Shown: positions 49,291 to 61,787 of the stretch, piece after piece
Numbering within the stretch: position 1 is the first letter of the stretch
How the letters are laid out: each line of letters starts with the position of its first letter
From: an uncultured Planctomycetota bacterium
GTDB taxonomy: Bacteria; Planctomycetota; Planctomycetia; Gemmatales; Gemmataceae
DNA length: 64,000 nucleotides
Reading direction: 5' to 3'
NCBI GenBank assembly: GCA_963849325.1
Contig: CAWKHF010000004.1
Location: 448,001 to 512,000 of the forward strand
Notes under the pieces: model-generated
What the model was told of the DNA's origin: nothing
Seen by the model: only the letters and a program-made list of their open reading frames with translations
The model's database searches: none
Translations under genes and position numbers: made by a program

Positions 49291-51531
49291 TTAGTTAGGG
49301 AGATAAATAATCTGGACCTCGCTGCCGGCCGGGGTGAACTCGTCAACCCAGGCACGCAGGTAGTCGCGGCGCTGCGCGAAGTAAGCGTCGTGGAAGGCGC
49401 CCATCTCGGACTGGTCGCTAGCGCCGCGGCGCAGCTCCGCGGGGCCATCGACGTCCAGCAGCGCATATTCCGGATCGCCGTAGCGGCGGCTGCGGAAGCG
49501 CGGCCGGACGTGCGCCTCGATGACCGCCTTGTCGTCGCCCTTGTCTTCGCACTGCGGCGATGCAAGCGCGAGGTCCGGCTGACAGCGGTAGCGCGGCAGG
49601 GGCGTCTTGCTGGCGGGCGGTACGTAGCAAAAGTGGAAACAGCCCTGGCGACGCCGGGCCACGAAGACGCGGCCGGCGAATAGACAATCTTCGGCCAGCT
49701 CCACGGCGTGGACTTCGACGCGGCCAAAAAACGTCGAGCGCTCGGCCAAAAGCCGCACGAGAGCGGCCGCGCAGTCGGGACTGCCCAGCGCGGGGCAGGG
49801 GCCGCCAGCGTCATCGACGATACTATCGCGCACGGTCAGCGGCGGAGGCTCGCCTGTTCGCGTCGGCCCGCCCTCGCGCCCTTGCACCGAGATGGCGCCG
49901 ACGATGCTCCGCTCGATCGCCACGCTGCCTTCCAGGCCGCGCAGGATCAGCGTCGGCCGGTGCTTGAGCTTCGGCTTGCCGCACGCGCCCAGCCCATTGC
50001 CCGGCACGATCGTGCAATCGCGGATCGTGACGGCCTCCAAAGGTCCTCGCAGCACGAGCGGCCTGTCGCTGATCAGCAATCCGTTGAGCACAAGGCGGCC
50101 GCCCGTTTGGTCCTTCGGTCCCGGCTGAAAATGGCCGCCCTCACCGGGCGATCCCAACAGCACCAGGGGGTGGCGTCCCAGGGTAGCGCGGATTTCGATT
50201 GTTTTCTCCGCCGGGACCGTCAGCGGTTTGTCCAGATGAAACGGCCCGTCGTCGAGGAGCTCGATCACCGCATGCTTATGCTTCTCGGCGGCACACGCCG
50301 CAAGCGCATCAGCAAGGGTTTCAAAGATGGTTTTCCCTGGCCGCGCGTCTTTGGGGGCCTGCGCCGGAAACCCGTGGGTGAGCACGAACGCATGGCAGGC
50401 GGCCGCGGGCGTGTCGGCCGACCGAAAGTAATCGCCGCCGCCGATGTCGAATGGTACGCCGGTGTAGTAGCGGACCCACAGTGGCGGCGCTTGGTGAACA
50501 TTCTGGTCCAGGCCCAGCGCGATGCGCCCGCTCTCCGGATCGACGGCGACCTCGTTGGCTTTCAACCGGACGGGGCGGCGCAGATCGGCCGGCACGATGC
50601 GCTCCAGCGGCACCGGCCCGTGGGCGAGGTCGCCCTGCCAGATGAGCAGGCTCTTGCCGGGGCCGTAGAAATCGCCCTTGTGATCGCGGAAGTCGCGCAG
50701 CCGGATCGGTGCGGGAACTTCCGCTTCGCGCACGGGCCGGTCCAGGTCCGGCGGCCCGAGCAGCCGGCGCACCAGCGGGACGGGATTGCCCAGGGGGCTG
50801 AACGTGTAATCGTGCCGCCGTTCGTCCGGCCGGCAAACGCCGCGGTCGGCGCCGTTGTCGATACAGCAAGCTGGCGTTTTACCCCAGCGAGCGGGGCGCA
50901 TCGTCCAGACGTAGAGACCGACGCTGGTCATCTCGCCTCGCCCGCCGGCCGTCGCCCCGCGCAGATCGACCGTCCGCGTCAGCGTGGCGAATGGCCCCAT
51001 GCCGCGGTCGAGCTCATCGTGCCGGCGGAGATCGACGAGCCGGCCGCGCTCCGGGTGCGGATAGTTGAGCGCGAAAAAGACGGCGGTGCGGTCGCGCAGC
51101 TCGACGGCGTGTCCGGCCCAGCCGCCGACGTCGCGGACCAGCGCCTCCAGCACGGCGAGCGTGCCCTTGCGGCGGCGGTAGGCGAGCGTGTTGGCGATGG
51201 CCCGCCGCTGTAAGAGCAGGGCCAGCCGCCGCCGGCCACGCGCGCTGTCGAGCTTGTCCGGCCTATCCGGCGCCGGCGCCGCGAGCGCCGCCGTCCCCAA
51301 CAATGCCGCGACGTAGGCCACTGCCCAGGGATCGCACGTCTCGATGAACCAGTTCTCGTACAGCCGCGCGATGTCGTCCTCGACGACGTTGACCTGCTCC
51401 GCCACCACGCGGAGCAGGGCGCGGAGCGGCTGGCCCGTGACCTGATCGCGTGCGCGGATGGTGGCCGGCAGCAGATCGTACAGCCGATCCAGTCGTTCCG
51501 CGCCCGGCCGATAGGTGAGCACCGCGCTCAT
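49291..51531 (-). CDS. eCIS tail/baseplate protein (P2 gpI-like N-terminus)
   Basis: LYDLLPA..RARD, LYENWFIETCDPWAVAY, RRRKGT, C-terminal SEMGAFH..EFTPAG. Confidence 0.85.
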   Translation of the reverse strand: MSAVLTYRPGAERLDRLYDLLPATIRARDQVTGQPLRALLRVVAEQVNVVEDDIARLYENWFIETCDPWAVAYVAALLGTAALAAPAPDRPDKLDSARGRRRLALLLQRRAIANTLAYRRRKGTLAVLEALVRDVGGWAGHAVELRDRTAVFFALNYPHPERGRLVDLRRHDELDRGMGPFATLTRTVDLRGATAGGRGEMTSVGLYVWTMRPARWGKTPACCIDNGADRGVCRPDERRHDYTFSPLGNPVPLVRRLLGPPDLDRPVREAEVPAPIRLRDFRDHKGDFYGPGKSLLIWQGDLAHGPVPLERIVPADLRRPVRLKANEVAVDPESGRIALGLDQNVHQAPPLWVRYYTGVPFDIGGGDYFRSADTPAAACHAFVLTHGFPAQAPKDARPGKTIFETLADALAACAAEKHKHAVIELLDDGPFHLDKPLTVPAEKTIEIRATLGRHPLVLLGSPGEGGHFQPGPKDQTGGRLVLNGLLISDRPLVLRGPLEAVTIRDCTIVPGNGLGACGKPKLKHRPTLILRGLEGSVAIERSIVGAISVQGREGGPTRTGEPPPLTVRDSIVDDAGGPCPALGSPDCAAALVRLLAERSTFFGRVEVHAVELAEDCLFAGRVFVARRRQGCFHFCYVPPASKTPLPRYRCQPDLALASPQCEDKGDDKAVIEAHVRPRFRSRRYGDPEYALLDVDGPAELRRGASDQSEMGAFHDAYFAQRRDYLRAWVDEFTPAGSEVQIIYLPN

Positions 51532-54500
51532 GGTTTCCTCCTGCGCAAGACCAGCGTGGCCGGCACTTTGGCCGACAGGTAAGCCAGCTCCGCCGCCACA
51601 AACTTCGCGTTCGCCGCGTCCCAGCGGGCCGCCTTGACCGGGATGGTCGCCGGTACCTCGACCGGCTTGCTCGCCTCTTGCGCGGGCGGCTGCGGCGGAG
51701 CGGCGGGCGGTTTGGCGTCGTCCGCGGCAGGCCGCCGCTCCGCCATACCCTGAATCTTCTCGGTGATCTGGTCGGGAGTCAGCACGTTGTCGTTTTCATC
51801 TCGTTCGGGGATGGCGCCGAACAGGTCGAGGTGAGCTGCGCGGACACCGGCGACACCCTGGACGGCCGCGAGGATGGGGCTGGCGTAAACATCCTGCGCC
51901 GGCTGGCGGTTGTCGAAACCCAACAGCGACAGGAGACTTTTCTGCACGGCCGGCCGGACCTTGTCCCATTCGTAGTCCGAGTCGATGGTGAGGGTGACTT
52001 CCAGTACGATCAACAGCAGCCGCCGTGGAGCCAGCACGACGGGCAACTCGGGGTCGCCGAACTTGTGCAGCGATTGCAGCAGGTTATCGAACAGGGCCGA
52101 GCCGGGCAGCTGGTTATCGTCCTGGGCGGCGACGGTGACGTGGACGCGGAAGGCGCCGGCGGCGGCGAGGCGGACGGCGCGGGCCTTGGCGATGCCGGCG
52201 TAGGCGCGGGCGAAGTCCTCATAGTCGGCGACCGAGACGAGCCGTTCCAGCGCGGTCAAGCCGGTGGGGGTGTTGCGGCGAGCCTGGGCGAGTGGCTCGC
52301 GGTCCGCGCCGCCGGCGGCCGGCAGCGGGTTGACGACATCCTTGACGCCCGGCGGCCGGTCGCCCAGCTGCGTGATCTGCTTGGCCTTGACGTTGCCGGC
52401 CTGGCCCAGACCGGCGCGGTAGACGGCCCGAATATTCTCCACCCCGGTCGCCGGCCGCGCCCCCTGTCGGCCGTCGCCGAACTGAACCGTCGCCCCACCC
52501 TGCTCGTCGGTGTACACGGCATAGACGCGGTCGTCCGGCCCGGACCCGGTTAGCCGCTCGACCTCACGCCAGAGTACGTCGTTGACGCGCACCTCCAGGG
52601 TGTCGGCCGCCCCGCTGGGTCGCACGGCGGGCAGATAGGTGAGCGGCCCTTGCTTGAGGGCGAAGCGCTGGCGCGGCTTGGAGGCGTCGCCGTTGCCCAT
52701 CACTTCGCGCTTGCTCTCGCCATGCGTGGCGTGGGCGACGTTGCCGTAGACGGTGACTGTGTCGCGGCGATATGCGAACTGGAGTTTCTGCTGCAAATGC
52801 ACGATGGTATGCGGGCGGGCGGTTGTCCGCGTCGGCCCCTGCGGCCCTGGGTTGGTGGGGTCTAGACTCGGGCTGGTGGCGTCCAGGCTCTGCTCGACGC
52901 TGGCGATGGCGACCAGCTCCGCATCGCGGACGCCGCGCGTGCCGGGCAGATCCGTCCGCTCTCCCTCGATCAAGAGCAGCCGCTTCGCCTCCAGCCCGTC
53001 GATCAGCCCGTCCAGCTGCAAGAGATCGCCGAAAACGTCGGCGTCGTAAGGCTCCTCGGCCAACTCCTGCGGCTCGCCCTGTACCAGCACCGACGTGCCG
53101 CGCAGCGCCGCCAGCGACGAATCGGTCGGATTGAGCCAGGGCGAATCGAGAAGCAGGCGCGTGACCTTGGCCGAGATGCCGAAGCCGACCTCGGCTACCG
53201 CATCGACTGCTTCGACGCGGTAAATGTCGGGCGCCGTCATCCCGGGTTGCGGCTGCGCATGCTGGATCGCGATGTGACTGCCCGGTGCGATCTTGTCATA
53301 CGTCGCATCCAAGGCGAGCAGGCGGCGGCGCTCGGGTAACAGCGGAAACTCCAGCTCGCCCGAGATGAGATAGACGTCGGGCCCCTCCTTGGGGGATCGG
53401 ACGAGCGTAATCCGGCCCATAGGGAGTTCCAGGGTTCTTCGGGTAGGCCGGTTGAAGGGAACAGCGGGCGTGTTATCGACGGCGAACGTTAGCTGTTCTC
53501 CGGGCATAGTATCTTTGATAACGCGGAGACTATACGTTACGTCCTGACTTTTGAAGGTCACAGTAAGGCCCGGAGTGTCCAACGTCACGGTAACTTCGAT
53601 GCCGTTGGGGAATTGCTCTGGTTTTGGGGCCGAGGGATTAACCTTCTTTGTAATGACGTCCTCCGGAGGACCAATCGAGACTTGCGGCACGATGGGTTGG
53701 GTGGAAGAAGTGTTCACGGCTTCGATCGCGAAGGGAGTCAGCGCCAACGGCCACTCGCGAGTGATCGTAATGGGATTTTGATTCGCCCCGTAACCGAGAA
53801 CGATGGTCCGAGGCGGAGCCGAGCTTCCGAAGGGGGCGGCGCTCGCACGCAGCACCTCCACGTTCGGCAGGGACTCCGGCTGGGACAGGGTCGCGTTCGC
53901 CACGGCGCTGGGAATTTTTCCTTCCACCTGCGGATGCAGCGCCTGGAACACCTGCCCGGCCGCGCCGGACTGGATGCCCTGCTTGGTGAGAAAGAGATCC
54001 TTGAGCGTCGGCTCGGGGACCAGCTGCGCCGGTGGTGGCGTCACAAGGGTCGAGAGCAGTGTGTTGAATTCGTCGGCTGTATTCCGGGTCGGCCCCGCCA
54101 GAGCTTTAACGATTCCATCCAGACGCGAGCCTCGGTCGGGCTGAAGCTGCTGCGTCACGCGGTTGGCGTAGACCTCCGCCTCACCCAGCGACAGGGGGTA
54201 CGTCTCCAGAAACCGCTGCAACGCGGCGACCAGCGTGTCGAACCAGGGCTTGATCCGTGGGAACGCACCATCATCGAAAAAGGCTTCCTCCCGACGCCAG
54301 GCCACTAAAACGGCTGTGCCGTTAATCTGCTGCATCACCAGACGCAACGTATGAGGCACTTGGTAAAGCCGGAGGACGCGTACCTGAACCATCTCGTCGC
54401 CGATCGGCTTGTTCAGCGCATTAAGCAGGGTACTGAGTTCGCCCGAAGACAACGTCTTGACCACCGCATTAAACGACTGGATGGAATGGAGGAAGGCTTT

Positions 54501-56218
54501 CCACGCGTCCTTGATTCGCTTGACAATCGCTGTCGCCTGCTCAATGTCGCTCAGCTTATTCAGCCCTTCGCGAGCATTCTTCAGAGTGTTCTCCAGCAAC
54601 ACGTAGAGGGATTCCACGAGCAAGGTGAGAGGCGAAGTCCTGTCATCCCCGACGACCAGGCGATCCGTCAAGACGGGCAAGGCTTGTTGGATCAACTGGG
54701 AGAGATTCGCAGCGCCTGGCGTCTCTTTTTCTCGAATCGCACTGTAGAGGGGTTGGCGGACCTGGTCCGCGATCCGCTTGAAGGGCTTCGTGTTTTCGAT
54801 TGCTCTCAGCAACTCTTTCCGGAAATTCCGTTGGATCGCGTCGGTCAGCACGCCCTGTTGCTGCCGGTAATTCACAACGATTGTTGCCATGCGGTCGGCG
54901 CGGTTGGTGAGGTTATCGAATTGGGCAACGGTGGCGGTTCGCTGAACGTCCCGCAACAGCCGGAGTGCCTCGGCTGTGGCCGCGTCAAAGGCGTTGGGGG
55001 CGGGCGGCGAGTCCAGCACCGCGCGGAGCCGCTGTAGCCCCTGATCGGCCCGATTCGCGAGAGACAGATACACCGTGAACGCCTGCCCATCCGCTCCGTA
55101 GCCGGGCAAGTTAAAGCGCTTGTACTTCTCGACCGCCTGCTTGATGGCCTGGAGCGGGTCCGGGGTCTGCGGGTCGAGCGCCTTTGCGAGATCCGTAATG
55201 AGCACATCAAACGGGGGACATTCCGCCTGCCCGATCCACTTCTGAGCCGAAAGGAACCCCTCGAAGATGGTCCGAACCTTCTGCTGTTGTGCGCTTGAAC
55301 CCTTCGCCGCATCGCTTAAATGGCTCACTCCGTCTGTGACTTGCTGAGCCACGGTAACGTCGCGCTGGAATCCCAGTTCGGGGCGGCTGTCGTAGTCATT
55401 AAGGGCGGTAAGCAAATCGCCCAGGTTGATGTCGGGTTGCGCGGGTCGGGCGGCCGATGCCAGAGTTCCATCCGAACCGTGGTCAACCCCGCGGTGGCAT
55501 CGGGATTCGCCTCCTTGACGCGCCACAGCTCTCCCGGCCGCTTATCAAACACGAGCAGCAGTGGGTCGTTGGGTTTGAGGTTGGCTGTGAGGCCCTTCAA
55601 ATACAGAGCGCGTTCGGCCAGCTTGCGGCCTTGTCCGGTGTCCTCGAAGGTCGGCAGGCGGCTTTGCAGTGGGTGCATGGCGCTCCACTCGGCCCGCGCT
55701 TTCAGGTCCTCCACGGTCTCGAACGTCTGCGCCGTCTCGCCCGGATTGGGGACGCTCTTGGCCGACTGCCCTTTGCGGATCGTCGTCCGCGCGTCCTTGT
55801 CCAGCGTGAATGCCAGGTAGACATCCGCAGCCACGCCGGGGCGCGGCTGATAGCCCACCAGGCGCGCCAGCTCGCGGATTGAGCGATAGTCGCGCGCCGT
55901 CGGCAAATACCCCTCGTTGGCCAGGCGCTCCTGGTAAAACGTCAGCACGTCCGCCACCATCGCCCAGGCGTCCAAAAGCGCGATGGACCAGTCGTCCTCG
56001 GCGCGGGCCGTGAGATTCTTAAGGGGGTTGGGCGTAACGGGAAACGTCAGCCCCGTCAGCTCGGCCTTCATGGTCGAAAGGAAGTCGGCGTACGCGCCGA
56101 CGCGGTAGGCCAGCTCCGTCTGGCCGGGCAGGTTAGCGACGGAGCGCGGCGTGCGGACCTCGGTCCCGGCACAGCAGTCGCAATCGCGCGGTCGCTCCTC
56201 GGGCCGGGACGGGGTCAT
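51528..56218 (-). CDS. eCIS baseplate assembly protein (baseplate J-like) with a large insertion; frameshift near 55460
   Basis: LLDAWA..ADVLTFYQERLANEGYL, GYQPRPGVAA, VYGNVAHATHGE, FGDGRQGARP, RLVSVADYEDFA. Confidence 0.85.
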
Positions 56219-59035
56219 GGCTTCACCTCGGGGTTGAACTCGAAGGACAGCCGGCCGGCGCCAGGCGAGGCCGGGGAATCGTCCAGCTGCGCCACTTCCA
56301 GCGGCCCTATGCGCAGCACACCGGACTTCGGTACTTGCTTGCTCTTGTCCTTACCCTTGTCGTGCGGCTCCAGCAAGCGCCGCAGGGTCACAACCTCAAC
56401 CCACTCGACGCCGGGTGTCGCTTGCGCCGCGGCCGCCAGGGCGCTGGCGGCGATGGACGTGCCGAAGGTGAGTTTGTCGGGATGCAAGAATCCCAGTTTG
56501 CCGTCGGGCCGAACGCCGCTGCCCAGCGCCGGCGCAGGGCCAGCTCGACCGGAACGCGGCTCGCGCCGCGGGCCAGCTGCACGCGCAGCTTGATATCCAG
56601 CGGCACCATCCGCGGCGCGACCACGCGAACGTCGTGGCCGATGCGCCGGTAGCGCTTCAGGTTGGCCTCGATCTCGCGGTAGACGCGATCGACCTGCGCG
56701 CCGTACAGCGACAGCGTTCTGCGCTTCCAGATCCAGGGCTACATGGATCTCGACGCCGGCGCCGGTCCAGCGCGCTTCCGCCGCCGCCTTCTGCACGCGC
56801 CGGTCGCGGCCGGCCAGCTGGGCGTAGTCGGCGGCGATGACCGCCCGCAGCGGCTCATCGCGGAACGCGCCCGGCGCCAGCAGCTTGACCGCCTCGACGA
56901 CCTCCGGGTCGGTCCCGCCCGCGGCGGGCAGCGGGTTGCGCACCTTCGCGATGCCCTCGAACGGTTGGTGGATGGGGCAGCAGCCGGTAATCTGTTCGGA
57001 GCCGACGTTGCCGGCCGCGCCGTTGCCGACGCGGTAACAGGCCGTGAGCGCTTCGCCGGGCAGGGGGCGCTGCCGGGCGTGTCGTCGTCGAAGCGCAGAT
57101 GCGCCGCCCCCCCGTCGTCGATCTCGGCGACCACGGGCAATTCCTTGCCGGGTTGCAGCAGGTCGCGGCGCGGCGTCCAGCGGCGCGGCGGCCAGTCCGA
57201 CTTCAGCCACAGCGCCGGCACCGCCTCCTGCGGCCGCTGCGCCAGCGCGGTGCTGGCCGGCCCATAGGACAGCGGGTGCAGCGGCGACGTGTCGGCGAGC
57301 CGGTCGGCCCGCGCCTGCGGCGGCGGACCCAGCCAGGGCAGTAGCGGATGCGGATCGATCCCTGGCAAGGACACCAGCCGCAGCGACAGCCGCAGCTCCA
57401 GGGCCACGTCCCACCCCAGGAGCGGAACTCCCATGAGCACCAGATCGAGCAATAGCTTCACCCGCCGCGACAGGGCGGCGTCCGTCGTTGGCGAAAGGCG
57501 CTCGTGCAGCTCCGCCAAATAGCCGGCCTGCACCTGCGCGACGACCTGCGGGTCGGGGAACGCCGCCGCATGCGTCAGCGACCGCTTGCTCAGCGGCTCG
57601 AAGCGCCACGCCCCGCGCCGCCCGTCGGATCGCGTGGCGCGGCCGGTGTCGGGTCCTTCGGCCGTATCGCTCCACCGCACCGGCTTGAGCGACTCCGGCT
57701 TCTGCCACAAACCCTGATCCACCAAAATCACGTTCCCGTGAGCGACGCTGATAACCTTCCCTATTGCGGTGCTGCTCCGCAGGCAGAGCGGGAATGGCAA
57801 GGCGTCGTCCTCGAACCACTCGACCTCCACGAGCTTGCTTTTGGCATCCGCGGCCACGCGCGTCAGCCGCACGGCGTACCGCCGCGACGGATCGGCGTCC
57901 GTTTCCTGGCCCGTGTGTGGTCCCAGAATTTCCTCAAAGATCAGCACGTCGCCCGGCTGTAACGACAGCGGCCCCTGGAGCGTGGCGGCGGTCGCCCCGC
58001 GCGGCAGGCAGATGTCGCCGTGCCCTTCGGCGTGGAAATCAATCGTGTTGTGCCGGCGATACAGCTTGAGGTGCGGCGCGGAGCCGGAGCTGCGCCAGGC
58101 GAACGTGCCGGCGGTCCGCGCCATCACAGGCGAGTAGACGATGCGATCGGCCTCTACCGCCTCCAGGAGCTGCTCGGCACTTTGGATGGGCCGGCGCGGG
58201 GCCGCCAGTGGTCGAGGGGTCGGTGAAGAAGTAAACGTTCTCGGGGTCCAGCTCGATCTCGTCCCGACCGTCATCAACCTTCACGTAGACCCAGGCGCGG
58301 GCGTTGCAGCCCTCGTGCATCGGATAGTCTACCAGCCGCACGTGCCGCCGCACCGACACGCGCCGCCGCGCCGTCTCCAGGTACGCTTCCGTGCCGACGG
58401 CGTCCTGGTAATAGCTGAGGTGGTCGGCGGCGTAGGCCAGCGCCTCGACCAGCGTCACTCCCAGGTCGGGGATCGCCCGGTCGGACCAGTTCGGCACGGT
58501 CTGAGCCAGGCGGTCCAGCAGCAGGCGGCGGAACGAGGCGTAGTCCTTGGCGAGATAGTCGATCGCCGGCGGCGGCACGGGAGGGGCGGGAATGCACTCG
58601 CTGCCGGCGCCGCAGTCGGTCTCTTGCGCAGCCGCTGCGGAAGCGGAAGTCGATGGCGGCGTAAGCGGGATCAAAGCCCGGATACGGCCGGCCGGTCGGT
58701 ACACCGTCGGCACTGACTTCCACCAAGCTCAGCGTATAGAGCAACCCGTCGCCGGGATCTCGGACCGTGACGTGGATCTCCCCGGTGTCCGGCTCCTCGG
58801 GTGCCACCTGCGTCTTCGCGCTGAGGATCGGCAGCGGCGTGGCGCCGCGCCGCTCGATGCGGACGTTGGCCTTGTGCAGCTTCTCGGTTCTGTTCGTATT
58901 CGTCACCGGCTGGAACGTGCGGATCGTCAGCGTCACCAACGGACCGCATTTCTTCGCGGGGCACAGGTCGAGCGTGTCGATCCCGTTGCGGCCGGGATGC
59001 TCCTGGGAACCAGAATCGGTGACGTCAAAAATCAT
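56215..59035 (-). CDS. eCIS baseplate assembly protein (Afp11-like); several frameshifts
   Basis: NGID, IDYLAKDYASFRRLLLDRL, YYQDAVGTEAYL, YRVGNG..GNVG, RAVIAADY. Confidence 0.82.
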
Positions 59036-59039
59036 AGCC

Positions 59040-59399
59040 TCATACCGCTTGCGTCAGGCGTTCGGTTCGGGTCTCCCCTGTCCGGCGAACGGCGTAGCTC
59101 AGCTCGATCACGATCCGCGCCTCCCCGGCGCTGACGTCTAGGTTTTGCACGTCGATCATCGGCCCCAGCCAGCGCTGCAGGTTGGCCTGGATGGAAACCT
59201 TCAGCGCCGCCTCCACCTCCGGCCCAGCGGGGGCGAAAACCAGGGGCAAAATGCCGCCCCCGAAGTCCGGCCGATTGACGCGCTCGCCGGGGTTGGTGAA
59301 CAACAGCAGCTCCAGGAGTTGGCGCACGTAGCCGGCGTCATCCCGCACGCCGGTGTGCCCGCGGCCATCGAACCGGAAGGGGAAATCCAGGTGGCTCAT
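59040..59399 (-). CDS. GPW/gp25 baseplate wedge protein (Afp9-like)
   Basis: LLFTNPGERVNRPDFG. Confidence 0.92.
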   Translation of the reverse strand: MSHLDFPFRFDGRGHTGVRDDAGYVRQLLELLLFTNPGERVNRPDFGGGILPLVFAPAGPEVEAALKVSIQANLQRWLGPMIDVQNLDVSAGEARIVIELSYAVRRTGETRTERLTQAV

Positions 59400-59743
59400 T
59401 GCGCCGTCACCCGCGTTTGAAGGGAACTAACGGTCGGCGGGCCTTGCGGCGCCTGCTCGGCGCTGAAGCACATCGCCGGCCCACTGCCCGGCGCCGGTTG
59501 CAACAGCGCCGGCAGCCCACTGACCTGCACCCGTGTGCTCGTCATCGTCCAGCGCACCGTTAGGCACGGCTGCGGCTTGGGACCGGGCACGGTGAACGGG
59601 CATCCGGTCACGTAAATCTGGTTGCTCGTAACCGCCACCGGCTGGCCGCTCACCAGCACGCGCGTTTGCGCCGGGGTCGTTGTCGCCGGCGCCTGGTGCG
59701 GGCACTGCATGGTCGCCCCGACGTGCAGAAGAAAACCCGGCAT
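59396..59743 (-). CDS. PAAR-like spike tip (DUF4280/Afp10-like)
   Basis: GATMQCPH, GCPF, PC..VRW, Cys pattern. Confidence 0.8.
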   Translation of the reverse strand: MPGFLLHVGATMQCPHQAPATTTPAQTRVLVSGQPVAVTSNQIYVTGCPFTVPGPKPQPCLTVRWTMTSTRVQVSGLPALLQPAPGSGPAMCFSAEQAPQGPPTVSSLQTRVTAQ

Positions 59744-59762
59744 CGTAACACTCCCTGTTCGT

Positions 59763-60284
59763 TCACATCACGGTCAGCGCCGAGCCGTTAATCGAGACGA
59801 CGTTGCCGATCAGCGTGATCGTCGCCCCCTTGCCATTGTTGAGATAAATGCCCGTGTCGTTGACGATGAGCGTTGCCCCAGTCGTGGACTTGAGCAGGAT
59901 GCCGCCGGTCGGACCGGGCAGATCGTTGACCTGGATGCCGTTTTGCAACACCGTCTGCAGGGTGATGGCCGGCACGGCCGGCGGCACGGCGCGCGACAAC
60001 GCCGGCACCTCGGCGGCCGAGCCCCAGTAGTTGCCGACCCAGATGGGCTGGTCGGGGTCGCCCTGCTCGAACTCGATCCACACGCCCGCGCCAATGGGCG
60101 GCACGGCGAAAAAGCCCATTTGCGTGCCGCCGACCGGCACGCAGGGCAGCGCCCAGCTGGTCGGAATCAGGCCCGACACGTCTGGGACCATCGCCTGGAT
60201 GCGACCCTGCTGCATCGGGTCGATGTTGTTGAACACCGTGCCGCGGTACTTGCCCAGAAATTTTCGTGTGCGCGCGTCGTCCAT
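59763..60284 (-). CDS. Spike protein, gp5 OB-fold (baseplate assembly V)
   Basis: GKYRG..DP..GRI..WALP..VWIEFEQGDPDQPIWVG. Confidence 0.9.
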   Translation of the reverse strand: MDDARTRKFLGKYRGTVFNNIDPMQQGRIQAMVPDVSGLIPTSWALPCVPVGGTQMGFFAVPPIGAGVWIEFEQGDPDQPIWVGNYWGSAAEVPALSRAVPPAVPAITLQTVLQNGIQVNDLPGPTGGILLKSTTGATLIVNDTGIYLNNGKGATITLIGNVVSINGSALTVM

Positions 60285-60300
60285 CGGCAGTTCCTTGGCC

Positions 60301-61426
60301 TCACGCGGTTACCCGGGGGACGGTGGACACCAGGCCGTTGCGGCTGAGCGTGAAGCGCTGCTTGAACTCGCCGCGGCGGAGGCTGTACGTGACACTCTCG
60401 ACATAGTACAGGCCGTCGAAGGGCTGCCCCACTCCCCGCACGCCGACCAGCCGACGCGGCCGCAGCACCTGCCCGTAGCGCAGCACGTCCAGCGTCCCAG
60501 TTGCCGACAGGGCGTCCATCGACCGCGCCTGCCGCGACAGACCCAACAGCGCCGCCCGAATCGGGTTGAGCTTGGCCGTGTTCGTCAGCGGCTCAATGCG
60601 CTTGGGGATCGGCGGGATCAACCCCAGTGGGGGGCTGAGCAGCGACACGTTGGGGATCGGGATGGGGATCGGCACCTTGGTGATCGGCTCCTGGATGTAG
60701 ACGACGTACTGCGTGGCGCTGTCGTGGTTGAAGCGAAAGCTCAGCGCTTCGAGGTTACTGTCGGCGTCGAGGTCGGCGCTGAGGGCGGCTTGCGGCTCGC
60801 CGGAACGGATCTCCGGCCCCCAGTACGCGAAGCTGGAACCGGGCGTCAGTCCTGGCTCATGGCAGAACACGAAACCAACCTCGTCGGCCAGCTGGCGCAG
60901 GTAGGCCAGGTCGGTCCCCTGCTGACGGGGAAACTGTTGCAGCGGGTTGGATACGTCGCTGAGGACCGTCGGGACAATCAGCGGCACGACTCCCAGGGCG
61001 GCGTACTTGGCGAGAATGAGCGCGACGCGGGCCATGGCCGGCATTCCCGGGTACGGCAGGCCGTCGAAGCTGACCAGATCCATGACGGCGGTGAGGTCGG
61101 TCCCCGTCACGGTGAGCGTGGCCGGCGCGCGGCGGCGCCGGGGCTGAGCTGGTGGTCGGTGACGACGCCGTCGATGAGGACTTCGGGCCGGCCGCGCAGG
61201 GTGACGTACACGACAACGCGCAGCACCGGCGGCAGCGCGCCACCGGAGAGTAACAGAACATTCAAGAGCGGCGAGCGCGTGGGTATCTGGAAGGTCAGCT
61301 GGAAACCGCTGGGCTGGCGCGTGGCACTGGTGACCTCGACGGCGGTCAGCGCGTCGATGACGGCCGCCGGCGCGGCGCCGGCACGGTGGGACCGATCAGC
61401 AGGTTGAGGTAAAGTCCGTCAATCAC
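60301..61426 (-). CDS. gp27/GpD-like hub protein; frameshifts near 61130 and 61380
   Basis: VIDGLYLNLLIGP start; QQGTDLAYLRQLA, VGVRGVG..FDGLYYVESVT. Confidence 0.8.
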
Positions 61427-61787
61427 GTGCGGCCTCCGGGACGTCGGCAGGGAGCGTGATGCGGAGACGGCGGCCGACTTCTTCCAGCTCCTCAGGCCGA
61501 ATGGCGCCGTTGGCGTCGCACAGCTGCCAGAACTGTTCGGGGTCGCCGACGTAGAGGGCGGCGAGATTATCCAGGCGGTCGCCGCGGACGACAGTATGCT
61601 CCTTGACGGTGTGGAAACGCGCCGGCAGCGGCACGAAGCGGCGGCGGAGATAGACGATGGTGCGTCCACCCGCGTCGGTGAGGGTGGTGGTAGCCAGGCC
61701 GGCGTAGCGGCTCGTTTGGGCGAACGGCCGCGGCGCTTGCGGAGCGCCGCCGAGGATGGCGTTGAGGGGTTCGGGCAGAGGGTTCAC
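61419..61787 (-). CDS. LysM domain protein (Afp7 C-terminal-like)
   Basis: SRY..HTVVRGDRLDNLAALYVGDPEQFWQLCDAN. Confidence 0.88.
   Translation of the reverse strand: MNPLPEPLNAILGGAPQAPRPFAQTSRYAGLATTTLTDAGGRTIVYLRRRFVPLPARFHTVKEHTVVRGDRLDNLAALYVGDPEQFWQLCDANGAIRPEELEEVGRRLRITLPADVPEAARD

Noticed and set aside
49278-49814. 179-aa N-terminal extension of the DUF6519 ORF
   Set aside because: Overlaps the upstream gene; family-like start MSADLSR has its own GGAG RBS
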